A program made the translations under genes and the position numbers. Shown one piece after another: positions 10,416 through 21,442 of a DNA stretch of 64,000 nucleotides (within the stretch, counting starts at the first letter, position 1; each line of letters opens with the position of its first letter). The notes below the pieces were generated by a model that saw only the letters and a program-made list of their open reading frames with translations, did not search any database and was not told the DNA's origin. Origin of the DNA: Candidatus Oxydemutatoraceae bacterium (lineage in GTDB: Bacteria > Pseudomonadota > Gammaproteobacteria > Poriferisulfidales > Oxydemutatoraceae); the NCBI GenBank assembly GCA_965220085.1, contig CBDCOZ010000003.1, forward strand, positions 1-64,000, read 5' to 3'.

Positions 10416-12086
10416 TCAATAATAGATAAGCAGCAGCGCCAGCAAACTGATCGCGAGTATGCCGACTAATAATGCGAGCATCGGCACATCCGCAACGGGC
10501 GAGCGCAACCCCGACAACGACAGCAGACCGTGCGAATATCGCCGCAATCTGCGAAGCGCCGCGTGATACAGCCCGGTTCCTAGCGGCGCGAACACCCGCA
10601 ACAGGCGGGCGGGCAATACCCGATAGAACCAGTCAAAGTCCATGCTGATCGTCGTCGTCCGCCGCAACCACGGCAACATGACGAAGAATGCAAACATAGA
10701 CAGCAGGAGCAATTGTGTTTGCTCGATCACATGGGGCGGGGTGTAGAGCGCGTACTCTGCCGGATACGGCAACAAAGCATAAAGCAACGTCGGCGCGACC
10801 CCGAACACGATGCATATCGCAACGAGCAGAATCATCGCCAGTTGCATATTCGGCGGCGCCTCGACCACATCGGCGGCAGTCGCTTTTTTGTTGAAGAAAA
10901 CAAACCACGGGAACTTGACGCCGGCGTGCAGGAACACGCCGGCGGATGCGATTAACAAAGCGACCCACACCCACTCCATGTTTGCCATCACGGCGCTTTC
11001 GCTGACCAGAGATTTGGCGGCGAAACCCGAAGTGAACGGCACCGCCGATATTGCGGCCGCGCCGACTATCGCGCATAACATCGTCACCTTCATCGCCGAA
11101 TACAAGCCGCCGAGATCGGTGCATTTGCGCTTGCCCGTCATCAACAAGACATTGCCCGCCGACATCATCAGCAAGCCCTTGTAAATGATATGCGCCGATG
11201 CGTGAGCCGCCGCCGCATTGATGGCAAGCGGCGTGCCGATGCCACAAGCGACGACCATGAAACCGACCTGATTGACAATGCTGTATGCGAGGATGCGGCG
11301 CATATCATTTTCCAGCAGCGCGTAAATGATGCCGTAAAAAATCATATAGATTCCGATCGGAATCAAAATGTCGGCGCCCGGAAAGACCGACAGCAGCGCG
11401 AACACCGCCGACTTGGTCGTAAACGCGCTGAGAAATACGCTGCCGCTCGGGCTCGCTTCGGGATACGCATCGGCAACCCACGCCGACAACGGCGGCGCGC
11501 CGACATTGACAAGAAACCCGATCAATATCGCCCAGGCATAAGGGCTATCCAACTCCAGCGGGCGTAATGAAATATCACCGCTTATGCTTGCGATGCCGAT
11601 TAGACCATAGAGCAAAAATGTGCCGCCCAATATATGGATAACCGCATAGCGCAGCCCGGCATTGCCGGACTGCGGCGTGCCGGCTGCGAAGATAATCAGC
11701 GCAGAAGCGATTGCCATCAACTCCCAGCATACAAACAGCGTGATAAAGTCTCCCGCCAGACTGATGCCGATAGCGCTGCCGGCATACAAAAACGCCGCCG
11801 CCAACTCGGTCCGCGATGCGTGATTCATCGCATAGAGCATTCCGGCAAAAGCCATCACGGCAAAGGCGCCGGCGAACAGTTTGCCAAGCGGACTCATCTG
11901 TAGCGGCGTGATGGCATAGCCCATAAAATCAACCGACACCGACGCATCCGGCTGGAACCATATCAATGCCAGCGTGATCAGCGGCAGCCCCAACGCCACC
12001 GCTTTGCGCGCCACACCCGCGGTGACGCCTATCAGAACGGAGCCGAGCATCAGCGCCAAACCGGGGATAAGCAGAAAATCAATCAT
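10416..12086 (-). CDS. Na+/H+ antiporter subunit D-like (Proton_antipo_M)
   Basis: Polytopic protein with WELMA, AYPEA, AFTTK and RRILAYSIVNQVG. Confidence 0.85.
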   Translation of the reverse strand: MIDFLLIPGLALMLGSVLIGVTAGVARKAVALGLPLITLALIWFQPDASVSVDFMGYAITPLQMSPLGKLFAGAFAVMAFAGMLYAMNHASRTELAAAFLYAGSAIGISLAGDFITLFVCWELMAIASALIIFAAGTPQSGNAGLRYAVIHILGGTFLLYGLIGIASISGDISLRPLELDSPYAWAILIGFLVNVGAPPLSAWVADAYPEASPSGSVFLSAFTTKSAVFALLSVFPGADILIPIGIYMIFYGIIYALLENDMRRILAYSIVNQVGFMVVACGIGTPLAINAAAAHASAHIIYKGLLMMSAGNVLLMTGKRKCTDLGGLYSAMKVTMLCAIVGAAAISAVPFTSGFAAKSLVSESAVMANMEWVWVALLIASAGVFLHAGVKFPWFVFFNKKATAADVVEAPPNMQLAMILLVAICIVFGVAPTLLYALLPYPAEYALYTPPHVIEQTQLLLLSMFAFFVMLPWLRRTTTISMDFDWFYRVLPARLLRVFAPLGTGLYHAALRRLRRYSHGLLSLSGLRSPVADVPMLALLVGILAISLLALLLIYY

Positions 12087-12285
12087 CGTAATAGTCATCC
12101 CTGCGCTTGATAAACTTGCCGAGCAGCAACGACACCAGAATGAGCCCGACACCGGCGGCAAATCCAAACCATAAAAAGAAACCGAAGTAGTCAAAGCGAA
12201 AAGGCGGGTGATAACCGACGACCCATTCCGCCGCCAGCAAAAAGAGCGAGGCAAGGAAAAATATCATGCAGCGCTTTTTGCTCAT
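12079..12285 (-). CDS. Small membrane protein of the mrp cluster
   Basis: 68 aa with two hydrophobic segments, ending RRDDYYDD. Overlaps both neighbouring genes. Confidence 0.7.
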   Translation of the reverse strand: MSKKRCMIFFLASLFLLAAEWVVGYHPPFRFDYFGFFLWFGFAAGVGLILVSLLLGKFIKRRDDYYDD

Positions 12286-13730
12286 CGCAATATCCCGGCG
12301 ACGAAATCTATGATCACATCGACATAAAAGAACAGCAGCAGGCACGCCAGCGCCGGCCATGCGACCGCAATCAACATCGCCAAAGGCGCCTCGCCGCGAG
12401 GCGCGGAATCGCCCTTGCCAAAAAACGCGCGATAGATGACGGGCAAAAAATACATCGTGTTCAAGACCGTGCTGATGATGATCACCGCGACGACAAAATA
12501 ATCCCGCGCAAAAGTCGCGCCGCTCAATATGAACCACTTGCCGGAAAAACCCGCCAGCGGCGGCAAACCGATGACAGACACCGCGGCGATGGAAAACGCG
12601 GTCATCGTCCACGGCATCGTCTTGCCGAGGCCGGACACTTCGTCCGTTCGCGTTTTGCCGCTCGCCGTCTGAATCGCGCCGGCGGCAAAGAAGAGGGTGA
12701 TTTTGCCAAAGCCGTGCGCGAGCATGTGCAGGGCGACGCCGATCAGCGCCGCCGGCTTCAACAACGCCGCGCCGATAACGATATAAGACAGTTGCGAAAC
12801 CGTCGAGTACGCGAGCATCTTCTTGATATTTTTCTGGCGCAAAGCGATCAGCGATGCGACGACGATGGTAATGCCCGCCAGATAGACAAGCCACTGCGTT
12901 CCCACCTCCGCCAGAAAATCCAAACCAAAGATATACGCCATGACTTTGACGATTGTAAACACTCCCGCCTTGACCACCGCAACCGCATGCAACAGCGCGC
13001 TGACCGGAACGGGCGCGACCATCGCGCGCGGCAGCCATCCGTGCAGCGGCATAATCGCGGCCTTGGCGCTGCCGGCAACCACGAGCAGCAACAACCACCC
13101 GGCAAGAGAAGGATCGACCGCCCCTTTGAGGATGCCGCCGCTGACAAAGTCCAAGGTGCCCGACAACTGCCAGATCCAAATAAGGGCAATCAACAAAAAC
13201 ATCGTGGACGTACCCAGCAAGGTCGCCAGATAAAACCGCCCCGCCATCTGTGATTCCGTACTCTTGCTATGCGTGATCAAAGGGTAGGTCGATAGCGTCA
13301 GAACCTCATAGAAGATGAACAAGGTCAGAAAGTTAGCCGCAAACGCAATGGCGAGCGCCGCGGCGATGGACAGGTTGTAGTACGCCAGAAAGCGCGGCAC
13401 ATCCGCGCTGCGGTTTTGGAACATATACGCGCCCGCATACAACGCGGCAACCGGCCACAGCAGACAGATCAAGCCGGCAAAGATGATGCCAAGCGGCTCC
13501 AGGTTAAAAGCGATCGGCGCCGAACCGATCAGAGGAAACAATGTCAGCGCAGCGCTCTGGTATCCGGGCGCCCACAGGATTAAAACGACGCCCGCTATCA
13601 GCGATACAAACGGGGCGGCGAGGTTTATCACATCGCACAAAACACGGCGGCGGCGGAACACGGCAATCGCCATGGCGGCGACAAAGGGCGTTGCCAGACA
13701 AACCGCAAGAAGACTTTGCGCTGCTGTCAT
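12282..13730 (-). CDS. Mrp antiporter subunit D family
   Basis: Motifs FYEVLT, PLHGWLPRAMVAP.PVSALLHAVAVVK and LAYSTVSQL. Confidence 0.88.
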   Translation of the reverse strand: MTAAQSLLAVCLATPFVAAMAIAVFRRRRVLCDVINLAAPFVSLIAGVVLILWAPGYQSAALTLFPLIGSAPIAFNLEPLGIIFAGLICLLWPVAALYAGAYMFQNRSADVPRFLAYYNLSIAAALAIAFAANFLTLFIFYEVLTLSTYPLITHSKSTESQMAGRFYLATLLGTSTMFLLIALIWIWQLSGTLDFVSGGILKGAVDPSLAGWLLLLVVAGSAKAAIMPLHGWLPRAMVAPVPVSALLHAVAVVKAGVFTIVKVMAYIFGLDFLAEVGTQWLVYLAGITIVVASLIALRQKNIKKMLAYSTVSQLSYIVIGAALLKPAALIGVALHMLAHGFGKITLFFAAGAIQTASGKTRTDEVSGLGKTMPWTMTAFSIAAVSVIGLPPLAGFSGKWFILSGATFARDYFVVAVIIISTVLNTMYFLPVIYRAFFGKGDSAPRGEAPLAMLIAVAWPALACLLLFFYVDVIIDFVAGILR

Positions 13731-15256
13731 CGCAATATCCCGGCGGCGATAGCCGCACAGGCATCAACCAGCGCCGACGGGTTGATACCGATATAAAAAC
13801 TGATTGCGACCAACGCCCAGGTGGCCAGCAACATGGCGTCCGGCGCTTCGCGCGCCGCGCCCTGCCCCTTTGGCGCTTCGCGCGCGGCGCCCGGTCTCCT
13901 TGGCACATCGCCCGCGCCGGCCGTCGCCCGGGCCGCTTCGGGCTTAAAGCAAATCGCCTCAACGATGCGCCAGACATAGGCGACGCCGAAAAGGGAGCCT
14001 GCGACAACCGCCGCCACCGAGACCCACGATCGGACATCAAGCGCCGCCGCGACGAGGTACCACTTGCTGATAAAGTTCGCGCTCCCCGGCGTTCCTATCA
14101 GAGCGATGCCGCCGGCGATCAATGCCGCGCATGTCAGCGGCATCTTCCGCGCCGCGCCGCGCAGGTCGTTCAATTGACTGCTGCCAAGGCGACAGACCAT
14201 GCAACCGATGGCCATAAACAACGCGCTTTTTGCAAGCGCGTGATTGAAGATATGAATCAAACCGGCGCTCAATCCGCCGGGCGTAGCGAAGCTGATCGCC
14301 AAGACGATGTATCCGACATGCGCAATACTGGAGTACGCCATCATCTTCTTCAGATCCGCCTGCCGCAATGCGACGACCGATCCGAAAACAATCGCGCCAA
14401 GCGCCATCAGCGACAGAATCTCCGGCAACGGCAAGCGGATGGCGAGCACATCAAAGGTCGGGAAAAAGAGACGGATCAGAATATATAACGCGGCTTTGCC
14501 CGCGGTGCCGGCAAAGAAGGCGGCAACCGCTGTCGGCGCATGGGCATAGACGGCGGGCGACCACAGGTGCAACGGAAACAATGCCATCTTTAAGAACAAG
14601 CCGAGGCCGATAAAGGCATACGCCGCTAACAAAGCGTTTGAGGTTGCCACCGCGGGCAAGCGGGCGGCAAGATCGCTTAAGTTCAAGGTGCCGGTCAACA
14701 GGTATATATAGCCGATGCCAAGCAGCAGAAACAGCGCGCCGGTAGTGCCCGCGATCAAATAGCGGTACGCGCCGAGCAAACCGGCGCGGGTGCCCGCAGC
14801 GGCGGCCAGCGAATAGCCGGACAAGGATGCCATCTCCAGCAAGACAAAAATATTGAACAGGTCGTCTGTCATGACAATGCCGAACAGGCCGGCTTGGCTG
14901 ACGAGCACGGCGCTGTAGATCGGATACAGGCGCTTGCGTCCCAGCTCGCAAGACAAGCTGTTACGCATATACAATGCGCAAGCAAAAAAGATAATGGCAA
15001 ACAAGAACACCATCAGCGCGCTCATTTGATCGACACGAAACGCAATCCCCCACGGCGGCGCCCAGCCGCCCAAAGCATAGTCCATCGCATCGACGCTTGC
15101 GGTATGCGACAGCATCACGGCGGCACATATCAGCGTGATGAAATTCGCCGCCAGCAACAAAGACCAGACGCGGGCATCCTTGCCGGAGAAGACCAGACAT
15201 AGCGGCGCGCAGACGAGCGGCACGATAACTGTCAGTATGGGCAGGTGCGACAACAT
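13727..15256 (-). CDS. mrpD: Mrp antiporter subunit D
   Basis: Motifs DLFNIFVLLE, KMALFPLHLW and KKMMAYSS. Confidence 0.88.
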   Translation of the reverse strand: MLSHLPILTVIVPLVCAPLCLVFSGKDARVWSLLLAANFITLICAAVMLSHTASVDAMDYALGGWAPPWGIAFRVDQMSALMVFLFAIIFFACALYMRNSLSCELGRKRLYPIYSAVLVSQAGLFGIVMTDDLFNIFVLLEMASLSGYSLAAAAGTRAGLLGAYRYLIAGTTGALFLLLGIGYIYLLTGTLNLSDLAARLPAVATSNALLAAYAFIGLGLFLKMALFPLHLWSPAVYAHAPTAVAAFFAGTAGKAALYILIRLFFPTFDVLAIRLPLPEILSLMALGAIVFGSVVALRQADLKKMMAYSSIAHVGYIVLAISFATPGGLSAGLIHIFNHALAKSALFMAIGCMVCRLGSSQLNDLRGAARKMPLTCAALIAGGIALIGTPGSANFISKWYLVAAALDVRSWVSVAAVVAGSLFGVAYVWRIVEAICFKPEAARATAGAGDVPRRPGAAREAPKGQGAAREAPDAMLLATWALVAISFYIGINPSALVDACAAIAAGILR

Positions 15257-15274
15257 ATGCGTTATGGCAGCAGA

Positions 15275-15640
15275 TTAGCCTTTCTCCTGCCTGTCGATAC
15301 GCTCTTCGTCAAGACTTCCGCAGATGCGGTTGATGCCGATCACCAATGCCAGGCCCAAGGCAAGCGACGCCACATTGACGACGATCGCCGTCAGGATCAA
15401 GGCGTGCGGCAACGGGTTGGAGTAATGCGCAATCCCTTCCCGCGCGATCGGGGCGTCGCCGCCGTGCAACTGTGCGCCGAGGATAAAAAAGATAAGCGCC
15501 GCCGACTGCATCAAACCGAGACCGATCAACTTCTTGATCAGGTCGTTGTGCGAGATCATGATGTAAAAGCCGACCATCATCACGACACTGATCAGCAGAT
15601 GCTGGTAACTTTGGAAAAACTGAAGCATGTCAATCAACAT
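15275..15640 (-). CDS. mrpC: Mrp antiporter subunit C
   Basis: Motif NPLPHALILTAIVV. Confidence 0.9.
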   Translation of the reverse strand: MLIDMLQFFQSYQHLLISVVMMVGFYIMISHNDLIKKLIGLGLMQSAALIFFILGAQLHGGDAPIAREGIAHYSNPLPHALILTAIVVNVASLALGLALVIGINRICGSLDEERIDRQEKG

Positions 15641-16061
15641 GCACCCGCTTCATGATCAGGCAGAAAACCAGCATCACGACGCCGACAATCGTCGCCCCGA
15701 CCCCGAGCTCGATCAGGAATATCCCGACCTGCTGCCCGCGCTGAGGCGCTTCGGACAGGGCGGAGTAATCCAAGAAATTGCCGCCGAGAAACATCGCGGC
15801 GATGCCGGTGCCGACATACAGCAGCAGACCGGCGGCGGTAATCCGCTCGGCCAAGCGCAACGATATCAGCTTCAGCGCGTCATCAACGCCGTGGACAAAC
15901 GCGTACAGGATCAGGGCGATGCCGAAGATAATTCCCGCCTGAAACCCGCCGCCCGCGCTGTGCTCGCCGTGAAACTGCACATAGAGCGCGAACAACATAA
16001 TGGCCGGCGTCAAAAGGTGCGCCAAGCGCCGCAGAATAGGATTCTTTCTGATAATAGTCAT
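15630..16061 (-). CDS. mrpB: Mrp antiporter subunit B
   Basis: Motif HGEHSAGGGFQAG. Confidence 0.9.
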   Translation of the reverse strand: MTIIRKNPILRRLAHLLTPAIMLFALYVQFHGEHSAGGGFQAGIIFGIALILYAFVHGVDDALKLISLRLAERITAAGLLLYVGTGIAAMFLGGNFLDYSALSEAPQRGQQVGIFLIELGVGATIVGVVMLVFCLIMKRVHVD

Positions 16062-16594
16062 TCGTTGCCGTCCTTGTTGTAACTGAGAATAATCAATGCG
16101 CCGATGCCCGTGGTAAATATCACACTGACCTCGCCGAGCGTGTCAAAGCCGCGGTAACTGGCCAAGATCGCCGTCACCATATTGGGTATCCCTATCTGCG
16201 ACGGCGTGTTCTCTATGTAGTAGGCGCTTACGTGATTGTGGGCGGGCGCATCGGCTGCGGCGAGAAGCGGCAGATCGAGCATGGAATAATAAATCAGCCA
16301 ACCGACGGCACATACAAGCGGCAGACTCACGGCATGGCGCATCGGATAATAGGCATAGCGGTGATCGGTCGCCGCAATCGCGGCCAGCAGCAGGATGGTA
16401 CTGAGACCGGCGCCGACCGCCGCTTCGGTAAAAGCGACATCGGGCGCGTCCAGAATAAAGAACATGGAAGCGACCAGCAAGCTCCCGATGCCGGCGAGAA
16501 AGGCCGCCGAAAACAAATTCGTCGCGCGGGCAACGATGATCGCTGTCAGCGCAAACAAGCTCAGCAAACCGCATTGTATGATGTGACTCTCCAT
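16058..16594 (-). CDS. DUF4040/MrpA C-terminal-like subunit
   Basis: Motifs APDVAFTEAAVGAG and NMVTAILASYRGFDTLGE. Confidence 0.85.
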   Translation of the reverse strand: MESHIIQCGLLSLFALTAIIVARATNLFSAAFLAGIGSLLVASMFFILDAPDVAFTEAAVGAGLSTILLLAAIAATDHRYAYYPMRHAVSLPLVCAVGWLIYYSMLDLPLLAAADAPAHNHVSAYYIENTPSQIGIPNMVTAILASYRGFDTLGEVSVIFTTGIGALIILSYNKDGNE

Positions 16595-16884
16595 CACTCG
16601 GGATAACTCTGGCGGTACGCTTTGAACATCGCATGCACCGCAACGGGAGCGGTCCAGCCGAGCAGAATAACGATCAGCGCGAGCTTCAGCGCGATCATGC
16701 TCAGACCATGCTGAAGCGCGACCGCTATCAATATCTGCGCCGTGCCAAACACATCCGCCAGACCGGCGGCGTGTGTGCGCGCGGGAAAATCGGGCATTCG
16801 CAACAAGCCTATTGCTCCGATTAAAACGAAGCCCGCGCCCGATAATGCGAGGAGCCAACTGAGCACATCAACTATCACACTCAT
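16594..16884 (-). CDS. mrpG: Mrp antiporter subunit G
   Basis: Motif IGLLRMPDF..RTHAA. Confidence 0.88.
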   Translation of the reverse strand: MSVIVDVLSWLLALSGAGFVLIGAIGLLRMPDFPARTHAAGLADVFGTAQILIAVALQHGLSMIALKLALIVILLGWTAPVAVHAMFKAYRQSYPE

Positions 16885-17192
16885 CGCTCCGTTTTGCGCG
16901 GAAGGCGCGGCCAACCCAAGCGTCCCCGCTTGTTAAATAGATGCAGGATTGCAATCGCCGCGACAAAGTTAACCAAGGCGTAAAGCAACGCAATATCGAC
17001 AAAATGCTCGTTTTGCAGCAACAGCCCGATCGCCACAATCACCGCTATCGCCACCGCGCCCAGCATATTGATTGCCAGAATCTGATCAAACAAATGGCGC
17101 GCGCGCATGGCGCCGATCAACGTGAGAAGCATGGCGATCAACAGCATCGCCAGCACGGCGAACATGATAAAAGTCGTCGTCTGCCCGATCAT
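16881..17192 (-). CDS. mrpF: Mrp antiporter subunit F
   Basis: Motifs FDQILAIN and DIALLYALVNF. Confidence 0.85.
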   Translation of the reverse strand: MIGQTTTFIMFAVLAMLLIAMLLTLIGAMRARHLFDQILAINMLGAVAIAVIVAIGLLLQNEHFVDIALLYALVNFVAAIAILHLFNKRGRLGWPRLPRKTER

Positions 17193-17659
17193 TTCTCAAG
17201 CCACGCTATCTTTTTTTCCAGCGCGCCGCTTTCAATGTCGCGCGCCGATTGATCGCTCAGGATATGCACCCGCAACGCATCGTCTGTCAAACTGGCGCTG
17301 ACGGTGCCCGGAGTCAAAGTAACCGAGTTGGCATAAAAAACCCGAGTCAGTTCGTATGGCCGCTTCAGGTTCACATCGATATAGCGCGGAGCGATAGGCA
17401 GCCCGGGCGACAACACCTGTCGGGCGACGCTTATATTGGAAACGATAATCCGCCCCAGCAACCAAAGGACATATATCGGTATCTTGAAGTAAAGCCGCAA
17501 CGGCGGGTGGTTGCGATCAACGAGTCGCATCCGAAACGCCAGCCACGCGACCAAAAGACAACTCGCAATTCCGAGCCACCAATTCCAAGACAGGTGCGGC
17601 GCAGAAACCACAACCCACATTGTGGCAAGCAAAAAGAAGACAACGATACGCGCATACAT
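17189..17659 (-). CDS. mrpE: Mrp antiporter subunit E
   Basis: Motif ANSVTLTPGT. Confidence 0.9.
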   Translation of the reverse strand: MYARIVVFFLLATMWVVVSAPHLSWNWWLGIASCLLVAWLAFRMRLVDRNHPPLRLYFKIPIYVLWLLGRIIVSNISVARQVLSPGLPIAPRYIDVNLKRPYELTRVFYANSVTLTPGTVSASLTDDALRVHILSDQSARDIESGALEKKIAWLEK

Positions 17660-17884
17660 CGGGGCAATTCCTATAAAACGGATATGAAGGGACTGATTTT
17701 ATCGCAACTTACGGCGCTATCCGATGACACCCGCCCGCCGCCTGCCATATGGCTCCTGTGGCAAAAACCCGATCAGGCGCCCGCTGTCGGCGGCTGATTC
17801 ACCTGAGGGGCATCTTGCAAGATCGCATCATTTGGGTTATATTCGCTGAAAATAGATTAAACTTCCCGAACATATAACAAAACA

Positions 17885-18328
17885 ATGGCTCAAATACTAA
17901 TCATCAACGGCCCCAACCTAAACCTGCTCGGGCGACGCGAACCCGAAGTATACGGCGACACAACCCTCGCCGAAATAATGGATGCGCTCAGCGCCACCGC
18001 CGCCGAACTCGGCGCCGACATAGAGCGCTTTCAATCCAATGTCGAAGGTGAGATCATCGAGCGCATCCACCGCGCGATGGACGATGACACCCGCTTCATC
18101 GTCATCAACCCCGGAGCCTTCGCGCATACCAGCATCGCAATACGCGATGCTTTTCTGTCCGCAGACAAACCGTTTATAGAAGTGCATCTGTCCAATGTGT
18201 TCGCGCGCGAAGAATTCCGCCGGCGCTCTTTCTTGTCCGACATCGCGGTCGCGGTCATCTCGGGAGCCGGCAAACAGTGCTACGAATTAGGAGTGCGCGC
18301 CGCGCTCGCAAAAATGGAGGCAGACTAA
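17885..18328 (+). CDS. aroQ: Type II 3-dehydroquinate dehydratase
   Basis: Motifs [18 protein letters not shown] and IEVHLSN. Confidence 0.97.
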   Translation: MAQILIINGPNLNLLGRREPEVYGDTTLAEIMDALSATAAELGADIERFQSNVEGEIIERIHRAMDDDTRFIVINPGAFAHTSIAIRDAFLSADKPFIEVHLSNVFAREEFRRRSFLSDIAVAVISGAGKQCYELGVRAALAKMEAD

Positions 18329-18798
18329 TGGACATTCGCAAAGTAAAAAAGCTCATCGAGTTGCTGGAAGAATCCGGCATCGCCGAAATCGAAATCAAAG
18401 AAGGCGAGGAATCCGTCAGAATCAGCCGTGCCAGTCAGGCCGCGCCGACGGCGCCCGCTGTCGCGCAACCGGCGGTTACCGCGGCAGCGCCCGCGACACC
18501 GCCGACGGCGGGGAACGGCGCGACAGAACAACCGGCTGAGACAAAACCCGACCTCTCGGGGCACGTCGTTGAGTCGCCGATGGTCGGCACTTTCTACCGT
18601 TCGCCATCGCCGGATACGCCGCCTTTTGTCGAGGAAGGGCAAGCGGTCAAAAAGGGGGACACTATCTGCATCATCGAAGCGATGAAGATGATGAACCACA
18701 TAGAAGCGCCGGTTGCCGGCGCCATCGGTCGCATCCTCATAGAAAACGGCGAGCCGGTCGAATTCGGTCAGGCGATGATGACCATCGCCCCGAGCTGA
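18328..18798 (+). CDS. accB: Acetyl-CoA carboxylase biotin carboxyl carrier protein
   Basis: Starts [12 protein letters not shown] and contains SPMVGTFY and EAMKM. Confidence 0.97.
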   Translation: MDIRKVKKLIELLEESGIAEIEIKEGEESVRISRASQAAPTAPAVAQPAVTAAAPATPPTAGNGATEQPAETKPDLSGHVVESPMVGTFYRSPSPDTPPFVEEGQAVKKGDTICIIEAMKMMNHIEAPVAGAIGRILIENGEPVEFGQAMMTIAPS

Positions 18799-18805
18799 CG
18801 CCCGC

Positions 18806-20158
18806 ATGCTGGACAAAGTTGTTATCGCTAACCGCGGAGAGATTGCGTTGCGCATCCTGCGCGCATGTCGCGAATTGGATATCCACACCGTCGCCGTCTA
18901 CTCGGCGGCGGACATATCCCTTATGCACGTCAAACTGGCGGATGAGTCGGTCTGTATCGGCCCGCCGGAAGCGAGCAAAAGCTATCTCAACATACCGGCC
19001 ATCATCAGCGCCGCCGAGCTGACCGACACGACGGCGATCCATCCCGGTTACGGCTTCCTGTCGGAAAACGCCGCGTTTGCCGAACAGATAGAATCGTGCG
19101 GATTTACCTTCATCGGGCCGCGTTCGGAGACCATCGCCCTGATGGGCGACAAATTGTCGGCGAAAAAAGCCATGACCGAATCCGGCGTGCCGTGCGTTCC
19201 CGGAATCGACAAACCGCTCGGCGCCGATATGGAGGAGAATATGAAACTCGCGCAGTCCGTCGGTTTCCCGCTCATTGTCAAAGCATCCGGCGGCGGCGGC
19301 GGGCGCGGCATGCGCGTCGTGCACACCGAAGGCGCGCTTTCCAATGCGATCATGACCACCCGTTCCGAAGCCAAAGCGGCGTTTGGCAATGACGAGATTT
19401 ATCTGGAAAAGTTTTTTGAAAAGCCGCGCCACATCGAATTTCAAGTGTTGGCCGACACGCGCGGCAACGCAATTCATCTGGGCGAGCGCGACTGCTCCAT
19501 GCAACGCAAGCACCAAAAGGTCGTCGAGGAAGCGCCCGCTCCCGGCATCAGCGATGCGCAACGCGATGCGATCGGAGAAAAGATTATCGCGGCGTGCAAA
19601 AAGATCGGTTATTGCGGGGCGGGAACTTTTGAGTTTCTGTATGAGGACGGAGAATTTTTCTTTATAGAAATGAACACCCGCGTTCAAGTCGAGCATCCGG
19701 TTACCGAAATGATCACCGGAGTGGATATCGTAAAGGAGCAATTGCGCATCGCCGCGGGCGAAGCGCTGAGCCTGACTCAGGACGAGGTGTCTTTTAACGG
19801 GCACGCCATCGAGTGTCGAATCAACGCCGAGCACGCCGGCACGTTTGCGCCCTCGCCGGGCAAAATTGAGCAACTGCACCTGCCGAGCGGGCCGGGCATT
19901 CGGATTGACTCGCACATCTATTCCGGCTACACGGTGCCGCCTTTCTATGATTCTATGATCGGCAAACTCATCGCCCACGGCCAATCGCGCGACATCGCCG
20001 TCAAGCGGTTGCTGATGGCGCTTGAGGAAATCTACATCAGCGGCATCAACACGAACATCCCCCTGCACTGTCGCATACTGGACGACTCCCTGTTCGGGCA
20101 GGGCGAGTTAGACATCCATTATCTGGAAAGAAAGTTGCCGCACTACGGGCTGACATAA
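18806..20158 (+). CDS. accC: Biotin carboxylase
   Basis: Motifs [24 protein letters not shown] and [10 protein letters not shown]. Confidence 0.98.
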   Translation: MLDKVVIANRGEIALRILRACRELDIHTVAVYSAADISLMHVKLADESVCIGPPEASKSYLNIPAIISAAELTDTTAIHPGYGFLSENAAFAEQIESCGFTFIGPRSETIALMGDKLSAKKAMTESGVPCVPGIDKPLGADMEENMKLAQSVGFPLIVKASGGGGGRGMRVVHTEGALSNAIMTTRSEAKAAFGNDEIYLEKFFEKPRHIEFQVLADTRGNAIHLGERDCSMQRKHQKVVEEAPAPGISDAQRDAIGEKIIAACKKIGYCGAGTFEFLYEDGEFFFIEMNTRVQVEHPVTEMITGVDIVKEQLRIAAGEALSLTQDEVSFNGHAIECRINAEHAGTFAPSPGKIEQLHLPSGPGIRIDSHIYSGYTVPPFYDSMIGKLIAHGQSRDIAVKRLLMALEEIYISGINTNIPLHCRILDDSLFGQGELDIHYLERKLPHYGLT

Positions 20159-20188
20159 AGCCGGTTGAACGCAAGCGATGGCAGTCAG

Positions 20189-20737
20189 ATGAATGCTCCC
20201 GAGCCGAAGATCATCATAAAGAGAAAGCCCGACGCGCATAGCGCCCGGCGCGCCATGCCGCCGCGCTACGGCATCGGTTCGCGAATCACCATCATAGCGC
20301 TAGTTCTGCTGACCGCCGCCACCCTGCTGATCGCCGCGCAACTGCCGGACGATGCGTCAAAATTGATCGAGCAACCTGTCGTCGCGCGCGTATGCGAACA
20401 TATCGATTGCTCTTTTTTGAGCGCGGAGAATACGCGGACCAATCCGGCGGATTTGAAGATTCGCGATGTCCTGTTATACGAGAGCGAGCGAGGCAATCGC
20501 TTCGCGCTGCAATTATCCATAACCAATTCCGGCGCGCATGCCCAACCGCTGCCCGCTCTGACCGTGCGGTTGTTTGACAGCGCCGGGAACGCGATTGAGG
20601 AGCGCACGATAAATCTCGCGCAACATGCCCGCTTGCGACAAATCGCCGCCGCCGCCACGCAGCGCTTTGACTTGCCGCTGAGCGGCGTCGCAAAGACCGC
20701 GGCCGGCTACGCCGTCGCGATACGTTACGAGAATTGA
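20189..20737 (+). CDS. DUF3426-like membrane-anchored protein
   Basis: Transmembrane segment, C...C pair and QPLPAL.VRLFD..G. Sits downstream of accC, as in other Gammaproteobacteria. Confidence 0.6.
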   Translation: MNAPEPKIIIKRKPDAHSARRAMPPRYGIGSRITIIALVLLTAATLLIAAQLPDDASKLIEQPVVARVCEHIDCSFLSAENTRTNPADLKIRDVLLYESERGNRFALQLSITNSGAHAQPLPALTVRLFDSAGNAIEERTINLAQHARLRQIAAAATQRFDLPLSGVAKTAAGYAVAIRYEN

Positions 20738-20755
20738 CCGGGCGCTCGGGCGGCT

Positions 20756-21442
20756 TTACGGCTGGCGCTTGCCAAGGCGCTTTCTCTCAAGCGCGACCAG
20801 ATAATCCAGCGCATCGGTGAACTTCTTATAACCGCCCGCCGTCCGCGGCGAGAGTTGGTAGCGCCCGTTAACCACAACCGTGGGCACGCTGCTCAACAAA
20901 TATCCCCGCGCCAACTTATCCGCCTGCTTGACCTTTGCCTCGACCACAAACGAGTTTGCGGTTTTCTCAAACTTCGCCGCATCGACTCCGTGGGCGGCAA
21001 AGAATTGCGCAATCTGCGTGATCGATTGCAACTTGAGCTTCTTCGCATGCAACGCTTCAAAGAACAGCGGATGCAATTCGTCCGCTTTGCCCAAAGCCTC
21101 CAAAGCGTAATAGACATAAGCGTGCGTCAGCCAATTGCGTCCGAGGGTGGCGGGTGTGCGAATAAACTCGACATCGTCGGCAACTTTCCAACTGTTGAGA
21201 TACGGCTCCAACTGATAGCAGTGGGGGCAGCCATACCAGAAAAACTCGCGCACCTCTATCTTGCCGGAATCATCGGCTCCGGCTTTCAGCGGAAGGCGGG
21301 CGTAATGAACGCCTTCGACAAACTGCGGCGGGTCGTCGCGCTCATCGGCGACGGCTATCGGACACGCCAGCGCAATCGCCAGCAACGACGACAAAAGCAA
21401 CGGCAACTTAGTGCAGGCCTTGTATGTAAGATGAAACGGCAT
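20756..21442 (-). CDS. dsbA: Thiol:disulfide interchange protein DsbA
   Basis: Motifs EFFWYGCPHCY and VPTVVVNGRY. The true start is possibly the TTG at 21406. Confidence 0.93.
   Translation of the reverse strand: MPFHLTYKACTKLPLLLSSLLAIALACPIAVADERDDPPQFVEGVHYARLPLKAGADDSGKIEVREFFWYGCPHCYQLEPYLNSWKVADDVEFIRTPATLGRNWLTHAYVYYALEALGKADELHPLFFEALHAKKLKLQSITQIAQFFAAHGVDAAKFEKTANSFVVEAKVKQADKLARGYLLSSVPTVVVNGRYQLSPRTAGGYKKFTDALDYLVALERKRLGKRQP

Noticed and set aside
20158-20190. Absence of prmA after accC and of gmk before rpoZ
   Set aside because: These are ordinary synteny differences, and the genes may lie elsewhere in the genome.
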